NCBI GenBank assembly: GCA_024408095.1
Contig: JAKSVI010000004.1
Span: 1,546 to 65,545 of the forward strand
Origin: Bacilli bacterium
Lineage (GTDB): Bacteria > Bacillota_I > Bacilli_A > RFN20 > CAG-826
Length of the DNA: 64,000 bases
Direction: 5' to 3'
Positions 41,714-50,598 of this stretch are shown here, piece by piece; position 1 is the first letter of the stretch, and every line of letters begins with the position of its first letter. The notes below the pieces were generated by a model. That model was not told the DNA's origin and ran no database searches. It saw only the letters and a program-made list of their open reading frames with translations. The position numbers and the translations under genes are program-made.

Positions 41714-44371
41714 TTAAGGCTGAATGGAACCTTTGTGAGAACCTGGACAAGTAATTGTGCCATAGTTCGTATTTGTTCCCATTGTAACAGTACCCACTTT
41801 AGGGTTTCCTGCAATTCCACCACAATAATCTGTGCCAGCTTGAATATCACCATAGTTGATACAATTTGCAATTGAACCTTTCACAGTTCCGCCTGAAGCT
41901 TGACCAACAATACCACCAGCATAAGTAGTTCCAGCAATAACATGGCCATAGTTTTGACAATTTGTAATTGTGAATGATGCATTTCCTGAAGGAGATCCAG
42001 CTATGCCACCAATAGCAGTTGCGGAACCTTTGATTGTACCAAAGTTTCTACAATTGTTAACTTTGATATTAGAGATCTTGTCACCTTGATTATAAGAAGT
42101 ACCAACAATGCCGCCATTCCATTGAAGGGAAGCAGCACCACTTCTTGTACCAAAATCGCCACAGTTTACACAATTTTCGAATTCAGCAGTGACTGCCCAT
42201 CCGACAATACCGCCACTTCTCTGTGTTCCATCAACATAACCATAGTTTTCACAATTTGTGAATGTAGCTTTTGCAGCTAATACATCTTTTAATGTTTGAC
42301 CAGTAGGTGCTACAACACGTAAACATGTATCACCAACAATTCCTCCTGTGCCAGAATCGTCAGTAACATTACAAGTAACATCACCATAGTTTTTACAATT
42401 GACAAAATTAACTGTGCCTAAATATGTTTTTAAAACTTTTTCAACATTTCTTGTTCTAGTAATGTTGCTGATTATACCACCAGCTCTTGCAGTTCCAATT
42501 TGAGCGATTTTGCCAAAATTGTAACAGTTACTAATTGTTTTAGCTTCTGTTGCATCTGGAATCACGTAATTAGCAATACCGCCAAGTCTTACATTATTAA
42601 CACCTTTAACTTCACCAAAGTTATAACATCCATCTAAACTAACATAAGCCAAATCAGGTTGAAGTATAATTCCAGCAGAGTCTCCAGAACCTGCGTTAGT
42701 TACAATTCCAAAGTTATAAACATTTTTTAAAGAGAGAGTGACACCATCGTTTGCAAAAGGGGCAATACCAGCACTTAAAGTATTACCGTTAACATTTCCG
42801 AAGTTGAAACATTCTTCAACAATACCGCCATCTTTTTCAACAACTCCAAGAATTGAAGAAGTCTTATTATAGGCTTTGTTAACATCAGAAATATTTGCAT
42901 AGTTTGTACAATTTAATACATGTCCTCCCCAGCAGTCTCCGATTAAACCACTAACAGCATTTCCACCTTCTTGTTCTACGACCATGAAGTTAGAAATATT
43001 AGAAACTTCAGCTTTTGGATTAATAAAATTTGAAAGTGGTGCAGTTCTGGTTGAGTTATGATTTAAACCATAAAGAGATAAGTTTTTAACAACACCATTT
43101 ATATTATAAATAAGAGATTGATTAACAGCAGTTCCGGAAATTGAATATGTAATTCTTGTATTGCTTCCATCTAAATTACCTTGGAATGCTACACCACTTT
43201 TTCCGAACATAAATTGTTCACAAGTAAGACCAGTTAAATCAATTGAACGAGTTAATTTAAAGTACTTACCATTATTTGCCGTAGTTGATGCATCATATGT
43301 AGAAGCAAAATATAAATAATCTGCACATGTTTTAATTAAAAATGGATCGTTTGCGGTACCACTTCCACTTAAAGAGGTTGATGTTTTAGCAGGATCATAC
43401 TTTGATTCTTTTGAATAATAGAAATTGACTGAAGTATGTTCGCTGTCACGAACACTCATATAGTAATCTTTATCAACAACATAACCTGGTTTATTCATTG
43501 GTACTACTTTATATGAATAACCATCAGCAGATAAAATTGGCATTTCTTCATAAGAATCACCATCTGGCATAGCTACACCAGTATCTTCATCAACAATATA
43601 ATTTTGAACTGTAATTGTTTGATGATCAGTTAATGAAGTTTTAACAACAAGAACATCATCTGTTCCGGCTTCATATTCATAGACACCTAAATCAGAATTA
43701 TAAGGGACATCCGTGCCTCTTACTTTAACTGATTCAATTGTATTTCCAAGGAATGGATCTACATGAACTCTTACAGTGTTGCCTAAGATATCATCATCTT
43801 TAACACCATAAACTTTTGCACCGATTGCTTCGACATCAGCACCAAATACTACTTGTGGTTCTGGAATTGAACATGAGTAGTCTAATTTTGCTGTGTAGAT
43901 ATCACTATCTTCATCAGCAACCAACTTTACATAATTAAACATATAATCACCTAAAGTTGATTTTTGTCCGCTTTCGAGTTTTGAAATAGAAAGTGTTGAA
44001 TTCTCTTTCAAACCACATTCAGCATGAACACTACCACTAAATGTAGCAGTAACACTGTTTACACCGGACAATTGGGTTTTTAAAATTAAAGACCCCCCCC
44101 CGTTTAAGTGAATGAATCCTCCAGTCAACAATGATGCGTTCAAAAAATCAACTTTCACAGGATTGCCTAATTCAGTTTTAACAGTGTGTTCACCTATTGA
44201 AATTGGAGCATTCGTTGAATCAAGTGTAATTGAATAATTTTTTTCATTAGCAGAACTTAATATACCTAAAGAACTAGATAAATTTGAGTTTGCAAATAGA
44301 AAAACACCAATAGATACACCAAATACACCAAGTAAAACAGGCAAATAAATTTTTAAATTCTGTTTTTTCAT
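41714..44371 (-). CDS. large surface protein with MucBP-like region and ~12 GLUG-type repeats (predicted beta-helix adhesin)
   Basis: Start taken as ATG 44371 (MKKQNLKIYLPVLLGVFGVSIGVFLF). GTG 44392 (AGGAAAG upstream) or ATG 44440 are alternatives. Repeated unit NC.N(Y/F)G.(V/I)…GGI(V/A)G occurs about 12 times in the C-terminal half. MucBP-like ITVQNYIVDEDTGVAMPDG…VNFYYSK. Confidence 0.6.
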   Translation of the reverse strand: MKKQNLKIYLPVLLGVFGVSIGVFLFANSNLSSSLGILSSANEKNYSITLDSTNAPISIGEHTVKTELGNPVKVDFLNASLLTGGFIHLNGGGSLILKTQLSGVNSVTATFSGSVHAECGLKENSTLSISKLESGQKSTLGDYMFNYVKLVADEDSDIYTAKLDYSCSIPEPQVVFGADVEAIGAKVYGVKDDDILGNTVRVHVDPFLGNTIESVKVRGTDVPYNSDLGVYEYEAGTDDVLVVKTSLTDHQTITVQNYIVDEDTGVAMPDGDSYEEMPILSADGYSYKVVPMNKPGYVVDKDYYMSVRDSEHTSVNFYYSKESKYDPAKTSTSLSGSGTANDPFLIKTCADYLYFASTYDASTTANNGKYFKLTRSIDLTGLTCEQFMFGKSGVAFQGNLDGSNTRITYSISGTAVNQSLIYNINGVVKNLSLYGLNHNSTRTAPLSNFINPKAEVSNISNFMVVEQEGGNAVSGLIGDCWGGHVLNCTNYANISDVNKAYNKTSSILGVVEKDGGIVEECFNFGNVNGNTLSAGIAPFANDGVTLSLKNVYNFGIVTNAGSGDSAGIILQPDLAYVSLDGCYNFGEVKGVNNVRLGGIANYVIPDATEAKTISNCYNFGKIAQIGTARAGGIISNITRTRNVEKVLKTYLGTVNFVNCKNYGDVTCNVTDDSGTGGIVGDTCLRVVAPTGQTLKDVLAAKATFTNCENYGYVDGTQRSGGIVGWAVTAEFENCVNCGDFGTRSGAASLQWNGGIVGTSYNQGDKISNIKVNNCRNFGTIKGSATAIGGIAGSPSGNASFTITNCQNYGHVIAGTTYAGGIVGQASGGTVKGSIANCINYGDIQAGTDYCGGIAGNPKVGTVTMGTNTNYGTITCPGSHKGSIQP
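44093..44101 (-). repeat. G9 homopolymer (C9 on + strand) inside the GLUG-protein coding sequence
   Basis: Read directly as gaCCCCCCCCCgttt. It encodes the GGG of …HLNGGGSLIL…, about residue 91-93 from ATG 44371. Confidence 0.9.
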
Positions 44372-44536
44372 AATGCACACGCAAATAGCCACCTTGCTTT
44401 CCTTTCTTTTTCTGGCTATGCAATTAAGGGTTAAACACATTCCAAAACAAATTCAAACGATATTGTCTGTATGTATGTGTTTCTTAATCTTATTTTACTT
44501 ACACACGTGTGTGTTTTCAGTATTAATTTACTTTTT

Positions 44537-44554
44537 TTTCGATTATTTTGAAAA
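44537..44554. promoter_or_regulatory. degenerate copy of the ATTCGA-N6-TCGAAT palindrome
   Basis: TTTCGA-TTATTT-TGAAAA, 12 nt from the perfect site. The spacer is identical to the one at 57617-57634. Confidence 0.3.
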
Positions 44555-44565
44555 GCATATTATTT

Positions 44566-44583
44566 ATTCGATAAAATTCGAAT
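44566..44583. promoter_or_regulatory. candidate operator ATTCGA-TAAAAT-TCGAAT upstream of the GLUG-protein operon
   Basis: Perfect 6+6 inverted repeat in the 430-bp intergenic region, about 195 nt upstream of ATG 44371. The same palindrome occurs at 53978 and 57617. Confidence 0.55.
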
Positions 44584-44800
44584 GTTTAATGCGAATAAAC
44601 CATATAGGTTTACAATTTTTATTTGATTCAATCGAAATAATTTATACATATAAAATTAAAATTTATTTTATAATAAATTGCAAGTGTCTTTAAGATATAT
44701 GAAAAAATTACATAAATTTTAAATTCAAAAACCTATAAAAGCTTTAAAAATTAGTAAAATAGTCCAAATGAAAACAATAAATCGAAAATATTAAAACAAG

Positions 44801-46372
44801 TTAGATTCTATTTTTGGTTATTGGATCAAATGTGTGAATGCAATCATTTCTGAGCGAGAATGACATGACATCTCCAACTTTAATATTCTTTACGGCGTCG
44901 ATGTTTGCGAGTAATTCTTTGGTTGGAAAATCTAAGTGAACAAAATATTCACTACCTAAAAGTTCGGTTAAGGTAATCTTACATTTGAAACTTTCTTTAT
45001 CTTTACTTTCAACAATATGTTCAGGCCTAATTCCGAGAATAATTTCTTTTTCTTCTTTTTTGATTTGTTCCTCTAATTTATTCAATTTCCCCAGCAAATC
45101 TTCAATAATTGGATTAAATTCCTTTTCTTTTGCAAATAAATACTCTCTTAAAATTGAATTGAGTTTTACTTCGAGAGAATCAATATCATTTATATCCAAT
45201 AATGAATGAACTTCCTCATCCGTGATGTTTATAATTTCAAGGGTTGATTTATCCAACGAAGATATCAAATTAAATAACATGGTTTTATTAACTGTTTCAT
45301 TTTTGAAAATGGATTTATAAAGTTTTTTCTCTGCGAATCTACTCAAATATTCATCTTTCCAATCCTTGATTTGTGAACTATAAGAAGAGATTTGCGTACG
45401 ATAAAATTCATCAACTTTATCTTTAAATCCTTTGCCCATTGAAATCTTAATGCCGTTCGGTAGATAAATATCATCGCCTTTTGTTGTAACGTTTATCAAA
45501 TTCATAGCTGGAGAGCCAATAAATGTCGCGACAAATATATTTTTAGGTGTTTTAAAAATTTCTTCAGGAGTTCCAATTTGTTGAACATAACCCTTAGACA
45601 TAACAACAATTCGATCTGCCATAGTCATGGCTTCAGTTTGATCATGTGTAACGTAAATTGTTGTAGCGTTTAATGTGTTATGAAGTTTAACTAGTTCACT
45701 TCTCATAGTGACTCTTAGTTTAGCATCAAGGTTACTTAAAGGCTCATCCATTAAGAAAACTTTTGCGTCAGTAACAATTGCTCTTCCCAACGCTACACGT
45801 TGACATTGTCCACCACTTAAAGCAGCTGGTTTTCTATTTAAATATTCACTTATTTCAAGAATATCAGCAGCTTTATGGATTCTGTCATCTATTTCTTCTC
45901 TACTCATATTCTTGACTCTTAAGGCAAATGCCATATTGCCATACACAGTCATATGCGGATATAAGGCATAACTTTGGAAAACCATTCCTATTTCTCTATC
46001 TTTTGGAGGCAGTTCGTTAGCGTAGGTGCCATCAATAAATAAATCACCTGCAGTAATATCTTCTAACCCCGCAATCATACGTAAGGTAGTAGATTTACCA
46101 CATCCAGAAGGTCCAACGAAAACAATAAACTCGTGTTTTTTAATATCTAAGTTAAAATCATAAACAGCTTGAACGTGGTTAGGATATATTTTTGCGATAT
46201 GTTGTAAAGAAATATATGCATCGCTGTCAACATTTTTTTCTTCTTTATAACTATCTCTAGCCATCCTTAAGACTTCTTTATGATGACGTTCTCTTTCTTT
46301 AGCTAAAACTTTTTGTTCTTTTTTCTGTTGTTTAGTAATCGCTCTTTTTTGTTTTCTTTTCTCTAAGTCCAT
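44801..46372 (-). CDS. sugar ABC transporter ATP-binding protein (MsmK/MalK/UgpC type) with N-terminal basic extension and C-terminal insert
   Basis: Walker A GPSGCGKST, Q-loop FQSYALYP, signature LSGGQCQR, Walker B VFLMDEPLSNLD, H-loop YVTHDQ, and a TOBE-type C-terminus (GIRPEHI…LGSEYFVHL). Start set to ATG 46372, which has AAGGAGG 9 nt upstream; the track start is a TTG at 46381. Confidence 0.9.
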   Translation of the reverse strand: MDLEKRKQKRAITKQQKKEQKVLAKERERHHKEVLRMARDSYKEEKNVDSDAYISLQHIAKIYPNHVQAVYDFNLDIKKHEFIVFVGPSGCGKSTTLRMIAGLEDITAGDLFIDGTYANELPPKDREIGMVFQSYALYPHMTVYGNMAFALRVKNMSREEIDDRIHKAADILEISEYLNRKPAALSGGQCQRVALGRAIVTDAKVFLMDEPLSNLDAKLRVTMRSELVKLHNTLNATTIYVTHDQTEAMTMADRIVVMSKGYVQQIGTPEEIFKTPKNIFVATFIGSPAMNLINVTTKGDDIYLPNGIKISMGKGFKDKVDEFYRTQISSYSSQIKDWKDEYLSRFAEKKLYKSIFKNETVNKTMLFNLISSLDKSTLEIINITDEEVHSLLDINDIDSLEVKLNSILREYLFAKEKEFNPIIEDLLGKLNKLEEQIKKEEKEIILGIRPEHIVESKDKESFKCKITLTELLGSEYFVHLDFPTKELLANIDAVKNIKVGDVMSFSLRNDCIHTFDPITKNRI

Positions 46373-46386
46373 AACTAACAACCTCC

Positions 46387-48831
46387 TTAAATACCTTTAA
46401 TAGATAGGTTCTTATAATATGATTCAGCATTAATAGAATATAACGCTACTAGACCATGTGAATATGGATATGGATCTGTATAACTTGTTGCAAAAACCCC
46501 ATCAAAATAGACACTAATGAGATTTTTTTGGCAAATCACTTTTAATCTATGCCACTTATTTAATGAATACTGTGGACCGGTTGAAGCGCCAACAATATTA
46601 GTGGCATAATTCATTCTATCAATCATAATTTGCCCATTATTAAATCCTACAAAATATCCTTGTGAGGATTGATCGACATATCCACTATACAAACTAGCAT
46701 TTAATCCTCTAACAATAATTCCTGCGGCAGCATTACTTCCGGCACTTACTTCAATATTGATATCTACTTCAACTTCATAATCGGTTAAAGTCTCATCTCC
46801 TAATAAAACCATATTGTTAGCACCAGCTTTAGCTTTATGGCAATCAACACCATCTTTTTCCGCTATCTTCCACAATGATAGATAATTAGCTCCTTTATCA
46901 ATATAAGTAGATAAATCATTTTGATAATTTGGTAGATATTTAGAATCTTTAAATAAGTTACACGCAAATATATCTGCAACTCCCGAAACTAATTCTATTT
47001 TTAATGTGTGTAAACCTTTGGCGATTTCCGTCTCACAAAGCAATGTCTTAATAAACTGTAAGTTATGTTCATATTCGTTCATGTTACTGGCAAAATTAAT
47101 GGCAGGTAATGTGAACCTAATTGCATCATGATTATCAATCTGTAATGAAAGAATTGCCCCACTATGAGATTGCCTAAATGTTAATTCTAGTCCATATAAT
47201 CCAGTTTCTAAAACATCAATTGGATATAATAAATAATCTCCCACATTTGCTAAACTTACCGCGCTACTATCGCGATATATTTTTAATTTTTTATCATAGT
47301 TATCTAAAGGAATTTTAAATGTTTTTGAATTCCCAGTTAATTTACTTGCATCTAAATATGATGTGGCAAAGAATTGTCCTTCAACAACTTTTGGATCTTC
47401 TTTTTCTGAAGAATCAAAAGCTTCATTTGAGAATGTGGTTGTGCCAATCATTCCAACTCCTGAATATCCAACTTTACCACCACTAACAACTTCTTGATCT
47501 GTGATATCTATTTTCATCATATTATCGAAAAATACACGATAATGACCATTATCAACATTAAGTCTAATAGTGTGTAACTTAGTAAAATCAAACGAGTTTT
47601 TTAAAGTACCTGTCTCAATGAGCCCACCATTTACATACAATTTAATTTCTTTATTTACGATGGTAATGTAGTTACTATAATCATCATCTTCTACTGAGAA
47701 ATATAACTTCATTGAACCATCAGTCTCAACGTTTGAGAAATTATATTCTACTGAAAATCGTTCATTATGTGCGACTTTCGATAGGGTTTTTCCACTTTTT
47801 TCTTCCATATTTGATAAATCATAACTAACAAAATCTGGTAGTAAAGGAATCAACGCCCCTTTATCTGTTGGACCGTTTATAGTCATTCTATTTTCCGCAA
47901 AAAGAAGTCTATTTATGTTAAAAGATCTAATAGGTCCGCTGCCATCAACTAAGTTATGATAGGCAATATAATAAGAATCTAGGTTTGGTCCTAATACTGT
48001 TGAAGAATGTCCTAATCCAACCTGATCTCCAAGAGTTTTCAAAGCAATTGAATTGTTAGCGGGATAATTAAAGCCTTCAAATGGGCCATCATTAGAATAT
48101 GAATAGTTAATTCTATATCCTTTGCTTTTGACATGATTTCCAGCATATGTTAAAAAATATGTCCCATTATGTTTCATCATGTATGGGCCTTCTGTCCACT
48201 TAATCATTGGTGAAAATATTTGTTCTTCAGAAGATGGTCTAATATTTGTCATGGAATCCATTTCATAGGCCATAATGCCACCATTACCGCCAGTGAGAAA
48301 TGTCATTGATTCATCATCATCGATAAATACGCTTCCATCAATACTTAAACCAATATTATCTGTTACAGCTTTATAGTCTCCATATGGAAGACCAGTGACA
48401 CTTTTATAAATATAATGTCCTTTACCAGCTGGTGATCCATAACAATAGAAATCACCATTCCAGTAATATACTTCTGGAGCATATTGCCCTAATTGATTGT
48501 CGGTTGTACCATCTTTATTTAAGAACTGGAACAGTCCTAAATATTCAAAATGAATTAAGTCATGAGATTTCCAGCATTTATACCCTTCTTCTCCATCACG
48601 AGTTGATGAGAAAAGATAATATTCTCCATTAAAACGATACAAATATGGATCGCCTACACCATAATTTTCCCATTGTTCTGGAATCTTATCAGTTCCAAAT
48701 CTGTTATCATAACGTTCTCTAGATTTCACTTCATAATCCACCTTTGTAAATCCATTTCCGATAGAAGGAGCTTGACCACAGCTAGAAAGCATTAATGCTG
48801 GGATTATAAGTAAACAACATTTCTTTTTCAT
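46387..48831 (-). CDS. surface lipoprotein, GH43 five-bladed propeller glycosidase + C-terminal ConA/CBM-like modules
   Basis: 814 aa with lipobox LMLSSCG. GH43 motifs: GVGDPYLYRFNGEYYLFSS (catalytic Asp), YAPEVYYWNGDFYCY, GSVFIDDD, TEGPYMMKHNGTYFLTYAGN (catalytic Glu). Confidence 0.8.
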   Translation of the reverse strand: MKKKCCLLIIPALMLSSCGQAPSIGNGFTKVDYEVKSRERYDNRFGTDKIPEQWENYGVGDPYLYRFNGEYYLFSSTRDGEEGYKCWKSHDLIHFEYLGLFQFLNKDGTTDNQLGQYAPEVYYWNGDFYCYGSPAGKGHYIYKSVTGLPYGDYKAVTDNIGLSIDGSVFIDDDESMTFLTGGNGGIMAYEMDSMTNIRPSSEEQIFSPMIKWTEGPYMMKHNGTYFLTYAGNHVKSKGYRINYSYSNDGPFEGFNYPANNSIALKTLGDQVGLGHSSTVLGPNLDSYYIAYHNLVDGSGPIRSFNINRLLFAENRMTINGPTDKGALIPLLPDFVSYDLSNMEEKSGKTLSKVAHNERFSVEYNFSNVETDGSMKLYFSVEDDDYSNYITIVNKEIKLYVNGGLIETGTLKNSFDFTKLHTIRLNVDNGHYRVFFDNMMKIDITDQEVVSGGKVGYSGVGMIGTTTFSNEAFDSSEKEDPKVVEGQFFATSYLDASKLTGNSKTFKIPLDNYDKKLKIYRDSSAVSLANVGDYLLYPIDVLETGLYGLELTFRQSHSGAILSLQIDNHDAIRFTLPAINFASNMNEYEHNLQFIKTLLCETEIAKGLHTLKIELVSGVADIFACNLFKDSKYLPNYQNDLSTYIDKGANYLSLWKIAEKDGVDCHKAKAGANNMVLLGDETLTDYEVEVDINIEVSAGSNAAAGIIVRGLNASLYSGYVDQSSQGYFVGFNNGQIMIDRMNYATNIVGASTGPQYSLNKWHRLKVICQKNLISVYFDGVFATSYTDPYPYSHGLVALYSINAESYYKNLSIKGI

Positions 48832-48845
48832 TGTGTCTGTTCTCC

Positions 48846-50597
48846 TTAAAATAAAGTAAACATGGTTCCCACTGAACCAGATCTAAATCCATATTGATTT
48901 CCAGAAATTAATAGGGTTCTGCTATATATTTCTAATACATTATCGATGTAACATTCAATTCCATCATCGCTATAAGTTACCTTAATTTCATATGTTTTAT
49001 TCACGTCATAATGATCAATAGGATGCGATGCTATTTCGTTCCATCCTTCATATACAAGACCTAAATAAGCATAGCCTTCTCTATTAATCATAAAGAAGTA
49101 ATAATAAGTGTCTTCGTCTTCCCAGAATTGTTTTTTAGTCGTATCTAAAAGAAAGATAATGCCATTATCACTATTAGAACCAGCTTTCATTGAAGTTACC
49201 AATGTGACTTCTTCATCAATTGGTGCCAAATTATTACTTACAAGAATGGCGCCATCATTTTTAACATTTTTAACTCGAACTGAGGTTTCTTGTACATTGG
49301 AATATTCAAATTCTCCGCAAGCTGTGTGATATCCTTTAATTCCGTATTTTGCACCTTCCGTTGAATCTGAGAAAGTAACATTTTTATATTTAATTCCTTT
49401 TTGAGCGCTTCTTAATCCACACGCTAATGCTGTTATTGAATCATCTTCAACCAAGAAAACAAAAGTATTGTTAATGTAGCATGTTATAAATCCATCACAG
49501 AGAATTACTTTGAAGTTGTTCCAATCTGCTTCTGTGTGTGGAACATTTTCATATACACCGACTTCATTCCACTCACCATGATTAACATAGCCTAATAAAG
49601 CATTGCCATCTCTATTTAGGCATAAGAAATAATAAGAAACATCTTTGTCTTCGAAATAATATTTTTTATCTAATGGATCTTTAACTTGAATGGTGATTCC
49701 GTTATCAGCGACTTTATCATATGGTAAATACATATCAACGGAATAAGTTCCTCTTTCAAAGGCATCATAGTTGAAAGAACCAATACTTGGAACAATGTCT
49801 GTTGAATATATTTGATCATTATATTTATATGCTCCGCAGTTAATAGACAAATCTTCTATTAAATAATCCACAGGTCCAAATTCATCAATAGAAGCATATG
49901 TATCAATAATCTGAGGATCAGCAACCCAGCCAGTCCATTTTGATGTAATTTCTCCAGTATGTTTATCACGACATCCGAAGGCTATACCTATTATTGATTC
50001 TCTAGTAAAGCCAAAGGTTTGGTAAGGCATATATATTTCGCATCCCCATCCAGTATCAATATCAGAATCATTATTAACAGTACCTTCAACGTGAACTGCA
50101 TAGTCCACAACACCACTCCAACTAGACCAATATGATCCAGTTCCATTTCTCATTTCAATAAATTCAAGAGGATTAACTAAGAAGGCAAAATCATCTTGTT
50201 GTGCTACTTTTCCTTTATCATTTAATGTGTCAACATATATCTCAACGTTATCGGAATTAACAACAAATTGTGGATCGTTATAATTTGTAGAAGCTGCTAA
50301 ATATTTATCATGAGAATAAAAGCCTGCAGTTAAGCCATTATTTCCAAATACAACTTTAGCAGTAACACTCGTTTCAAAATCTTCTCTTCCACCTAATTCC
50401 ACAGTTAATGCTGCATCCTTATAATCTTCAGGATCAATAATTCCATCAATAGGAAAATCTGGAACAATCAAGTTCCCTTCTTGTTGAAAATTATTGTTAC
50501 CGACAGTTTTTGCGTATAAACCACTATAAAAAGGTATTTCTTGAGAGCAGGATGTAAGCAATAATGGAAGAAGTAAAATAAGTAATTTCTTTTTCAT
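48846..50597 (-). CDS. surface lipoprotein: CBM9-like N-terminal module + two ConA-like (YYFF-type) modules
   Basis: Start trimmed to ATG 50597 (MKKKLLILLLPLLLTSC lipobox), 1 nt after the permease stop. CBM9-like DGIIDPEDYKDAALTV…DNVEIYVDT. Modules GITIQVKDP…VSYYFLCLNRDGNALLGYVNHG and GIIFLLDTT…TYYYFFMINREGYAYLGLV. Confidence 0.55.
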   Translation of the reverse strand: MKKKLLILLLPLLLTSCSQEIPFYSGLYAKTVGNNNFQQEGNLIVPDFPIDGIIDPEDYKDAALTVELGGREDFETSVTAKVVFGNNGLTAGFYSHDKYLAASTNYNDPQFVVNSDNVEIYVDTLNDKGKVAQQDDFAFLVNPLEFIEMRNGTGSYWSSWSGVVDYAVHVEGTVNNDSDIDTGWGCEIYMPYQTFGFTRESIIGIAFGCRDKHTGEITSKWTGWVADPQIIDTYASIDEFGPVDYLIEDLSINCGAYKYNDQIYSTDIVPSIGSFNYDAFERGTYSVDMYLPYDKVADNGITIQVKDPLDKKYYFEDKDVSYYFLCLNRDGNALLGYVNHGEWNEVGVYENVPHTEADWNNFKVILCDGFITCYINNTFVFLVEDDSITALACGLRSAQKGIKYKNVTFSDSTEGAKYGIKGYHTACGEFEYSNVQETSVRVKNVKNDGAILVSNNLAPIDEEVTLVTSMKAGSNSDNGIIFLLDTTKKQFWEDEDTYYYFFMINREGYAYLGLVYEGWNEIASHPIDHYDVNKTYEIKVTYSDDGIECYIDNVLEIYSRTLLISGNQYGFRSGSVGTMFTLF

Positions 50598-50598
50598 A

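Noticed and set aside
44373-44693. 106-aa + strand ORF filling the long intergenic region upstream of the GLUG operon. Similar cases are 23316-23543 +, 10696-10959 -, 10795-10977 + and 57592-57819 +.
   Set aside because: The translations are Phe/Ile/Leu/Tyr-rich, as expected from AT-rich non-coding DNA. There is no SD, and the ORFs overlap promoter, operator or terminator elements of real genes.
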